Shown: positions 54,120 to 64,000 of the stretch, piece by piece
Layout: each line of letters opens with the position of its first letter
How positions within the stretch are numbered: position 1 is the stretch's first letter
DNA from: Nemertoderma westbladi
Taxonomy: Eukaryota > Animalia > Xenacoelomorpha
Reading direction: 5' to 3'
DNA length: 64,000 nt
Assembly: GCA_032718475.1 (NCBI GenBank)
Contig: JAUCBJ010007407.1
Span: 1 to 64,000, forward strand
Notes under the pieces: generated by a model
What the model was told of the DNA's origin: nothing
Databases searched by the model: none
The model's input: only the letters and a program-made list of their open reading frames with translations
Made by a program: the position numbers and the translations under genes

Positions 54120-55888
54120 CGGTAATGGTGAAAAATATCGAGACTTGAAAAATATCGAGAGTAAAAATAACGAGAGTAAAAATATCGAGAGTAAAAATAA
54201 CGAGAGTAAAAATAACGAGAGTAAAAATATCGAGAGTAAAAATAACGAGTGGGAAAATTAACGTGATTAAAAAATATCGAGAGTAAAAATAACACAAGAT
54301 GAAAAATATCGAAAATAACGAGTGTTGAAAAATATCGAGTGTTGAAAAATATCGAGAGTAAAAATATCGAGTGTTGAAAAATATCGAGTGTTGAAAAATA
54401 TCGAGTGTTGAAAAATATCGAGTGTTGAAAAATATCGAGTGTTGAAAAATATCGAGTGTTGAAAAATATCGAGTGTTGAAAAATATCGAGAGTAAAAATA
54501 TCAAGAGTAAAAATATCGAGAGTAAAAATAACGAGTGTTGAAAATTAACGTGATTAAAAAATATCGAGAGTAAAAATAACACGAGATGAAAAATATCGAA
54601 AATAACGAGTGTTGAAAAATATCGGTGTTGAAAATATCGAGTGTTGAAAAATATCGAGTGTTGAAAAATATCGAGAGTAAAAATATCGAGTCTTGAAAAA
54701 TATCGAGTGTTGAAAAATATCGAGAGTAAAAATATCGAGTGTTGAAAAATATCGAGTGTTGAAAAATATCGAGAGTAAAAATATCGAGAGTAAAAATATC
54801 GAGTGTTGAAAAATATCGAGAGTAAAAATATCGAGTGTTGAAAAATATCGAGAGTAAAAATAACGAGTGTTGAAAATATCGAGTGTTGAAAAATATCGAG
54901 TGTTGAAAATATCGAGTGTTGAAAATATCGAGTGTTGAAAAATATCGAGTGTTGAAAAATATCGAGAGTACAAATATTTCATTTTGCTTGAGCATTTTAT
55001 TTAGAATTATGGAACAATATTGCAGTGCATGGGTTACAACAGTGCAAGTGCAAGTGAATGGCATTATGTAATACACCTTGGGTACCCATTTACCAGATTT
55101 ATTATACTAGCTAGTTTTTGCTATTTTTTTAATAAATATTATAAAAGAAGTGCTAGCTATAAATTTTGATAAATATTCTTAAATATTATATTAGAACACG
55201 TATAAGCTACCAAATTTCGATAAATTTTTAGTAAAAACATTATTAGTAAAAAAAATTATCATACAACCCTTATTTTAAAAAATTGTTACTATCGATATTT
55301 TTACTCTCGATATTTTTCAACATTCTATATTTTTTTCAACACTCGATATTTTTACTCTCGATATTTTTCAACACTCGATATTTTTCAACACTCGATATTT
55401 TTCAACACTCGATATTTTTCAACACTCGATATTTTTCAACACTCGATATTTTTACTCTCGATATTTTTCAACACTCGATATTTTTACTCTCGATATTTTT
55501 CAACACTCGATATTTTTACTCTCGATATTTTTCAACACTCGATATTTTTACTCTCGATATTTTTCAACACTCGATATTTTTACTCTCGATATTTTTCAAC
55601 ACTCGATATTTTTACTCTCGATATTATTCAACACTCGATATTTTTACTCTCGATATTTTTCAACACTCGATATTTTTACTCTCGATATTTTTCAACACTC
55701 GATATTTTTACTCTCGATATTTTTCAACACTCGATATTTTTACTCTCGATATTTTTACCCTCGATATTTTTACTCTCAATATTTTTTGAACTCTCGATAT
55801 TATCGTTATTTTTCAACACTCGATGTTTTTACTCGCGTTATTTTTACTCTCGATATTTTTCATGTCTCGATATTTTTCAATATAACCG
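54120..55888. mobile_element. Foldback-like element: long inverted arms built from 15/17-bp tandem units
   Basis: The left arm 54120-54970 is built of (aaaaatatcgagtgttg / aaaaatatcgagagt)n and the right arm 55288-55888 is the reverse-complement array. Outer ends match (cggt.at..tgaaaaatatcgagac.tg); ~320-bp unique spacer. No clear TSD. Confidence 0.8.
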
Positions 55889-56469
55889 TCTGTATGTACA
55901 TCTACATCTGATTATACCAGTTGCCGGCGCCGTCGGTCGTACAAATACACAGTCTTGAATTAACATATTTAACCGTTAACAAGAGCAGAAACCGTAAACG
56001 AAGAAATTCATTTTCTTTTGTCGCTGACACGTGTCAGGAGCGTAGAAATGCGGTATAGTGCTGTCGTAGTTCAGTACCGTACCGGTAGTTCTGTAGCTGG
56101 CAGTTCAGCAGTTGCTACCAGTCCGGTTATACTTCTACAGTCTGACAGTAGTCAGGTAGTAGGGCGGTACGGCGGGCGGTGCCAACAGACCCTCTAATCT
56201 AATTCAGGACCGCAGTCCAACAGTCCGGAGTCCGCACTGCATGGCTAATTAGGGCCTACAGAATTAGGCCTGTCCTGTAGTACAAGTATACGTGATCTAT
56301 AATGACTGAACCGGTACCGCGGTACTAGTCAGCCAGTACCGTAAAACACCGAATACAGTATGGCTGTATGGTATTGCAGTATTGCTGTATTGGATGATTA
56401 CAGGATTCCTGATTCAGGGATTGACATTGAGTATAGTACCGGTTAAGGCAGACAGGCCACAATGGCATT

Positions 56470-56860
56470 ACTGTAATTTCCCAGCTGATTTAGTCTCCTA
56501 GCAACCTGTTGATGTCAAGCGTAATAATTTTGGATAAATAAATTTATTATAACTGTAAGACAGTTACATTGGTGCTGCACGAAGGCCCCAAGCAAATTCA
56601 ACTTGGAAAATTTCTAAACTTTTGACAGACTATTTGTGTACCAAATTTGGTTACATTTCATCGAGGATTGATCGAGTTATTAACGTTCAAAATTTAACAC
56701 TGCAAAAAAAGCGACAGAACGACAGAACGACAGGTTGATTAATGGTACCCCTACGCTAAGGCTCACTCACTTCGTGGCTCGCCCCACAGAGCAACAGACA
56801 CACCGATTGAGTTAGTGGTACCTGTATGCTAAGCTCGCTTACTTTCGTCGCTCGCCCCAC
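56470..56860 (+). repeat. Helitron/HINE-like non-autonomous repeat with doubled terminal motif
   Basis: ccaaatttgg...cgttcaaa...gacag repeats, then two copies of gctaa(g)gctc...cgt..ctcgccccac; similar to 57830-58213. Family call is tentative. Confidence 0.4.
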
Positions 56861-57829
56861 ATGTACATTATATTGGTTGGTCCGATGTTTTAATTAGGCT
56901 AACTGAGAATGTATTAGGTATAAATAGTTCGTATTCTTTATTTTATTTATCTAATACAGAAAGACCCCTTCGCAGAATAAACTGCTCTTTGGGGCCGTTT
57001 CCCAGGTTACGGATAGGGATAACATTTCACACATCGCGATCGCAGTAATTGTGATTATGATTTATTTGCCTAGGCGAATGTGTATTACATTAAAAGGGAG
57101 GAAGTTTTTTGGTTGATATAAATCATTATTGGTTTGCATCTTCCAATCCCATCTGTTTCTTGGAGTCTGTGTAAGACAAGTTCGTTTAAAGCCATCTTGA
57201 TGGCGTTCTAGTTGTACATACAGTAAATTATCCTACAGTATAACTACTATGGTGACATTTGGAATAAAAACATGTATACAAATGGGTACGCGTCCAAAGT
57301 ACGCGCGGCAAACTGTGGGAAGGCAACCTAACCAGGCTGTTGGACATCAGGCCAAATATGGGAATAGGATATCAGGCCGGAAATTATGATTCACATGGTC
57401 TGCCAGAGTGGGCGACAGATCCACCAGCATTCTATGGGATTCAAATGGGAGCACCACCACAGATAGTGTGTAATCGGGTCATACACGCAGAAGTCATGGC
57501 ACAAACCAGGCTCACAGCATTAAACCCAAACGCCAATGTATACGAATGTTATCCCAGAACTATGGAGAGCAGACATACCAGAGCAGTGCTTATTTGTACA
57601 GGATGGGACCAGTTCAACACGGCAGAGTATAACATGGCACAAAAAGAGCAACAATATAACCAGCAAATAGCCCTTATAGTGACGGGAAGTGGCAGCAACA
57701 ATCATATGTTAATCCGCTAGGTGGTGTCAAATTGTCATTCTGCAATTTCGTACTTACCAGTGCAGCACTGTACAGCAGTACCGTACCGGTAGGCCTATGT
57801 CATTACTTCTGAGTCTCTAGCGGATCCCC

Positions 57830-58096
57830 AATTAAATGTCTTAACTTTTCAATTTCGTAAAATATAGATTTCATGATTCTCTACAGGCCACCAAAATTTC
57901 AGCTCAGGAAAATGAGGCCTTCCCGAGAAATTTAACATTTTCTAAAAACCACATAATCTGTCGTAGCTGACGTCAGACTGCATGATTTTTCACCAAACTT
58001 TACAAACTTTCTAAACTTTCTCTCTACTACTTACCTACTAAGTTTGGTTCAATTCCGAACCAGCGATGCAGAGAAATTCGCGTTCAAACATTTACC

Positions 58097-58144
<48 letters not shown>

Positions 58145-58213
58145 GGACATGCCCCATTTGCCCTATATGAACCGTATGCCAAGGCTCGCCGACTACGTGT
58201 CTCGCCCCACATA
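57830..58213 (+). repeat. Helitron/HINE-like repeat containing a (CAGA)n microsatellite (58096-58148)
   Basis: Same layout as 56470-56860: aagtttgg..cgttcaaa..(caga)~12..gccaaggctcgcc..cgtgtctcgccccac. Confidence 0.45.
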
Positions 58214-58861
58214 GCATGATTAACTGCGAGGCATACAGATCGTTCAAGGTTGTGCTTGCTAAATAGATATGTTACGCAATCAAATTTGCTTGTTAGAGAA
58301 GAAAGGGAGACTAAAGTGACTCAACTGGTTGCTACTCTCAAGCTGTTTTATTTGATTTCCGCCCTAAACATATTAATTTTAAAATTAATATTTAACTTAA
58401 AACGGCGATACTACATTATTATTAATAGTAATAAAAATGCGCTATTAGTCCCCTACAATTTCATTTTAGAGATATTTTAATTGGTTAATTATTATATTAA
58501 TTCTTTAAATATTTTCAACTTTTTCTTTTACAAAAATTAAGTAACATTTTTTTGTCCGAATTTTCAATCCGCAGTTTATAAGTTTATTTTTGAGTAAGTT
58601 CGGATAAGAAAGGGGAGAACATATGTGTGGACCGGTACTCCTCTATGTGGCAGTTGGCGATATAAACTTGTAAATACAAATGCGGACTAAATCATACCCT
58701 TATATTATAAAATATATACATTGGTAAGTTACGCCTTCCATGTGTGTAGGTTTCCAGAACAGAATATGACTTCGTTTTTGCTTCTCCAGCAGTAACCACT
58801 GAATGTAATTTTAATTTTTTAATACCTTTATGGTAATATTTACACCATAACCCTTAATTAA

Positions 58862-59489
58862 CCCTATTAAACCCGGGGGGGGGGGGGTCAATATGACCCC
58901 CCCCCCCGTGGTTTTTTTATAATAATTCTGAAAAAAACGCAGTTGGGAATCTGAAATTTTATGACCTTTCCTAAAAATCTATTGTCTTCCTAGTAGTGAA
59001 AACCGTTTTCAAAAATATTTGGTAGTTTTCGAGTTAATGCACCATTTTTTAACCCTACTTTTGGCACTTTTTTGAGAGGTTTTTTGAAAATTACATTTCA
59101 TTAAATATTAATTGTAACATCTCTATTGGCTCATTCCATGAAAAGGTCAACCTCCCCACTAATTTCGAAAAATGAGATGTAGCTTTGAATTTATACTTAT
59201 TTTAGGTCAAAATTTATCGTACTTCATGAATTCAGTGCTAAAAATTGTATCAACGCAGGTGGTTTCTCAATAATAGTCGAATTACAAATTATGCACCTGC
59301 TCTGCACAAAATGTGAATAAAAGTGTGCAAAAGTTTCGTTTCCTGTAGGCACTTCCTATGACCAATAAATTAACATTTCTGAGCATGTACCAAATCAAAA
59401 ACAAACCCATTTTCGAATTTTTTTGGTTTCCTTTAATTTCACCAGTGTTTCAATCCTCTATAATGAAATCGATAAAGTTAATCATGTGA
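58862..59489. mobile_element. Left part of a TTAA/piggyBac-type element interrupted by element D
   Basis: ttaa|ccctattaaacccgggg resembles the TIR of 50335-50835, with a subterminal palindrome gggggtcaatatgaccccc. Other end not in the window. Confidence 0.55.
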
Positions 59490-60707
59490 TGTTCGCGCTT
59501 TTGAAGACCTTTAGCAGTTTAACCTGCCAAAATTTATATGTCTTCTAGTTAATTAAAACCACTTTAGCATACGACAATATTTTATGCTAATACGCAAAAC
59601 ATTAACCGAAGTCAGCCCATGCGCGATCATTCACCCGATGGATCTACACCCGGGAGACTGAATTCGGATCCTTGAATTGTATTATTACAGTGTAAGGTTG
59701 CAGTGTAAACTTACTGTATTATTCGATAGATCGTTAATAATTAATCTCTGACAGATATTATTGGCTTTCGGGAAATATTAACAGTTCCTTTAGGACGTGG
59801 CGCTTTATCTATTTAAACAGAACTAAGACTTATACTAAAACGCAACGATACTGCTTATGATTAAAGTATAAAGCGTATTCTTTAGGAAATACTTTGTTAC
59901 CAATCTCAATCATACACACTATTCTGCCGACAGTCAGTATATTTGATCACACATAAAGAGAGCAGTAATTGACTCACGTAGGGTCTGCTAAATAACATTG
60001 GATTCAATACACACCACATTAATATAAATCGCAATTGTTATGTATAGCCGGTCTCTCTAACCTGTAGTGTTATCAAGAAAATTGGGAATTGGGTGATTTA
60101 TCCGTATTATCCAAATAGCAATATTTCCATCAACAAAATAAGTACAATTAATAACTGACGGTAAAATAACAGTACAAACAATATGATTAGTTAAATTGAT
60201 CGGTAGTTAGGTAACAGTTTATACTTTCGATAATTCAAGCAGTTTACGGTACAGCAGTATCTATCCAAAATGCCGGTGTTTCTGGCTTAGACAGCAATAA
60301 CAACAAAGTATCAAGTAAGGCAGTAAGACTGAACACTCTCCTTATGATCGACTAAAAGCTACACGTCGACAGGAAAAATCGCTCTGATTGGCTCAAGCCA
60401 AACAAAGAACCGTGCGTCCAATGGCTGTTTCCATGTCAGCAACCAGCTGTTAGATGTCGTAATATGAATTATCACGGCTAAACTGTGAAAGGTAGTTGGT
60501 GCATGGCAGGTTTTTTGCCTTACCATGTCCACTAAAACACGTATATAGCAGAATTACTCTTATGTCCGTTAAAACACCTGTAAAGGTACCTTGCGGGCGA
60601 GGGGAATATATCTACAGTTAGAAAACCTTTTAGAGTATTCCAGCGCCTGTGGGGAAACTGGATTGCGAAGCAAAAGGGGCCAGTTATATCCCACAGAAGC
60701 TTTTACA
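59490..60707 (-). repeat. 3' LTR of element D (1218 bp, TGT...ACA)
   Basis: Ends shared with the C LTR; PPT ccgctccc at 60708-60715. Confidence 0.85.
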
Positions 60708-60785
60708 CCGCTCCCAGAAAATGGGATTTAAGTCTATAAAATATACAAAATCACAGTTTCTAAAATATAAAAATACTCTAAACAG

Positions 60786-62233
60786 TTAGTCTTTCTTGCG
60801 CGGACGGCGTTTACGCAGTTTTTTAAAGCTAGCAAGAGTCCTTTTCTCTTTGGGGCGAGCCACTTTACTAGGAGGGCTATAACTCCTGGGTGAAGGGTGC
60901 AATATGATTGCATCAGAAGGTATGGGATTGCGATCGGTATATCCGCCGGTCGAAGTACCGGGTTGATTGACATCAACGTCCGGGGAGAGGGGTCTAACGG
61001 CTTTGAGAGCTCGTTTCAAGACAGCCGCTCTTACGGGTCCTTTACGAGTGGTCTGAACGAGGGCCGTGGGTGGACCATAGGCAGTTAGAAACTTCCTTGG
61101 TTTAATGGTTCTTTCCAACTCGCGTTCGCGGGCTCTGTACTCGTAAGGCCGTCGATATACTTCCTGTAACTCAGGGTGTGAGTTGACAAATAAGTCTCCA
61201 TAGGCCGGATCTTAACGGATAAAGTTTATTAAGTTATACGAATTGATGTCACTCGGATTAATGCTCCTGAGGAATTTGCGTACATATTTGGTTGAAATAC
61301 ATTCTCCAACGCACTTCAATAGTTCATAACTTGATATGCATGATTTCTGTTCAACCGAAGCGAATAGATAAGGATGTAACGCATAAACTCCTTCGTAAGC
61401 GCGTCCGGGATAATAGCGATGGCGCGAATCACAATATAAATCAGTGTTCGCTTCCCAAGCTCTGATGTAACGTAGTGTGATCATTTCATCTACGCTTTCC
61501 AAATCGTGATTAAAAGGGCAATCGAAACTGGCATGTCCCTTTAGTTGACAATGGTGACATTGAGTCATAAATTGAGGGCAAACCGCAAAATGTGCAAATT
61601 ATTAAATCTGCAATACGCGCAATAAATTTCCATCGCCGGTTGTTCGTGGAAATAAGAACAGCGGACGTTTGTGTCCATGGGCGTAACATGGTCTCTCGAT
61701 GCGCATAATCGACAACGTTGCCGAGAAACATAGTTGGCATGGCGATAATCGTACGCAGTGAGACACTGTGGACTTTGATACCATTCTAGGATGTAATCGT
61801 TGTCGCTGTTCCGAGCGCGATAGGCTGAATCTCCTCAGATTCTAGACATATTGGTTCGTCTTCCCAGTCTGTTACGAATGGAATTTTCGTGATCTATTCT
61901 CGGTTTATCGTTACGACGCCGCTGGGTATGATATTTAAATAGAACCATTTCCCTTTCGGTGTCTACATCGTCCGTATAATGTAAATCGATAGGATGGCCA
62001 GTAGTTAAGAAGTCCATATACGTACCATTACGATTCGTATAGCGAGCGGTGAATTTTCTATAGTCCAATTCACGCGTAAGTTGTTCCTGGGACATCGGCG
62101 GTTCGATATAACGACCATCGTCCTTCGTAATAGTCGGATCGGCTTCACCGCGTATCAAGCTATCCACAAACGCTTGTAAAGGTAGAGTATATCGCTCCCT
62201 GATACCAAGGTCCTCTTCTATCAATTCCGTCAT
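60786..62233 (-). pseudogene. Element D accessory gene (fragmented) with zinc knuckles and basic tail
   Basis: ORFs 61835-62233, 61602-61784, 61510-61740, 61212-61568 and 60786-61118. CHHCQLKGHASFDC and RAYEGVYALHP align with A's CTYCNIKGHRASEC and RAHLGFWAVNP. Confidence 0.75.
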
Positions 62234-63838
62234 ATCTGTTATCTGAGTTTATTAATATCAATATAAGTTAATATTTTAGGCAAACGGGCGTCGCTGCCTA
62301 CTAGGCTTTTGCCCCCGGACAGTGGGTTTCTCAGCGCCGATATACCGCTGTCGCAGTGTTTGCGCCAACATGTAGCAACAGCACGACAACGATAATCGAC
62401 ACAAGTCCCACCACTGTCCGTCCCAAAGGCTTGATTCCACTTGAGGTTATCTCGGTAGAGTTAGGGCTACTTTACAATTGCGATTAGCTACTGTAAACAC
62501 ACTTTAGTAGTAACATTCACCTATAAACGCACAAATTCCATACAATCATTACTTATTGCACACATGCATGCCATTTGTCCGTTAGTCAGTGTCTTCCAGA
62601 ATGTCACGTTATTACTATGTATCCTTGGATACTAATAGTGCGCTATGTATACTCTTATGCTACGCAATGGGGCAAGCTTTTATTGGTCCTTTAACTTGTT
62701 TCTAATTCTAGCGTGGGTGTTGCCATGGTGACATTATGGAAAACTAGCGGTAGAATTAGGGCAATCCTCAGGCATACAGATCTGGGATGTTATTTAATAG
62801 TAATTCTTTAATTGTCAATATCCTCTTTATGCATGATTTTATAAATTTTATCGGCTATTGACTATATGTTGGAGATTCTCACACTCTAGTACACTCAATA
62901 TGAATCTCCGCTCCCATGATCTATTAATTACTGGAATTTTGGGAATGTTATAAATTGTACAAAATGACAATTTATGAAATTCATTTGAATATGAATTTAA
63001 ATTTATTCCCGTGAATTTTATTATTTGATGTTAAATTGACATAAATTTTATTCCAGAGCATATCTGGGGACTTAGGATCCTTAATTCTATAAAATAGTCC
63101 TTCTAAGAATATCGGTAAATACTGCGATATCTTAATTGACTAGAAATTTTAAAGGATCGGGATTTTACAGATTTTAATAAATATTAAATTAATATTTAGG
63201 ATGGGCACCGATTTATTCCAGAACTTGTCTGGGGACGTTAACCACTGATTCTAGAATTTGTCTTTCAAGTATATCGGTGGGTGCCGCGATATCTTAATCG
63301 ACTAGAATTACAGATGGTCAAAAGGTTTAACAGCTTTATTTGCGTTTTACGCTACTGTTAGAGGGACATCACGCTACTATATGTATTATTTGTTATAAGG
63401 TAGAAGAGCAATATCGCACGAAGCAATGTCAGTGTGAAGAGGCAAGTCGTTTCCAAGGTCTACCCAGAGCTTGGTTTAGCCGAGACACGAGGATCTGAAC
63501 TTTGCATTCCTAATACTCTGCCTACCAATAATACTTAAATATAGTAGTGGCTTTATTGTACTTTAAGAAGTACTGACATGTCATCTTACTATAGTCTCGC
63601 ATTTATAATATAATACGGACAGTAAGGAAAGAGAAAAATAATTATTTCTTGCCGTCGCACTAAATATATTATAAGTAATTAAGTACGTAATAAACACTAA
63701 TATATTGCACTAATTTACTAAATAATCGCTAAAATAACATTCTACTAAATAAAATTAAAGAAAACGATTATAATAAAATTACATATAAAATAAAAACAAA
63801 TATAAAATGATATAGTCACACACCCACTCCATATGTTA

Positions 63839-64000
63839 TTATGTTATGGAGTCCCTAGATATTTGTCGGATTAGGGAAGTGGTCGTAGGAAGAGTATCTT
63901 GCCTTCCATAGTTTCCGGACAGTTTTTGGTCTCTTTCCAGTAAACATAAACGACCAGCTGGGTGATTGGGTTGTCGTGTTACTTTCTCCGCTCCCTTGGC
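63839..64000 (-). pseudogene. pol: C-terminal tail of element D pol with the integrase deleted
   Basis: Translates AKGAEKV|TRQPNHPAGRLCLLERD...; in C these two peptides are ~1.7 kb apart. Confidence 0.75.

Larger units (their letters stand above)
59490..64000 (-). mobile_element. BEL/Pao element D (relative of C), 3' part; runs off the window
   Basis: LTR, PPT, accessory ORF, 1.6-kb spacer and pol tail are all colinear with C in reverse orientation. Confidence 0.92.

Noticed and set aside
54025-55789. ORFs of 63-191 aa (SIFFNTRYF repeats)
   Set aside because: Translations of a stop-poor 15/17-bp tandem array; not genes.

Overview
Eukaryotic, almost certainly animal, DNA made almost entirely of transposons; no host gene is recognisable. 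Five BEL/Pao-type LTR retrotransposon copies dominate. A (+, 925-18406) has a truncated 5' LTR and is inserted into C (+, 18407-26685), which is inserted into the gag of E (-, 26686-29426). B (-, 30424-46882) is a full-length relative of A with two ~99% identical LTRs and a TTAAC TSD. D (-, 59490->64000) is a relative of C. The rest comprises a 5'-truncated RTE-clade LINE, a Gypsy integrase fragment, TTAA-type MITEs, a Foldback-like element and small Helitron/HINE-like repeats. All polyproteins carry disabling stops or frameshifts. The A/B lineage is unusual in five ways. (1) It lacks a tRNA-type (TGG) primer-binding site; the PBS position instead matches an LTR-internal complement, and the two co-vary between A and B. 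(2) A probably spliced extra gene after pol encodes a DEDDy (WRN/EXD/Mut-7-like) 3'-5' exonuclease domain plus three zinc knuckles. (3) A 20-nt hairpin is repeated 9-11 times along the sense strand, in all three reading frames in A. (4) A tRNA-derived Pol III cassette sits in the LTR. (5) B has TA...TA termini. All calls are by eye; no database searches were run.
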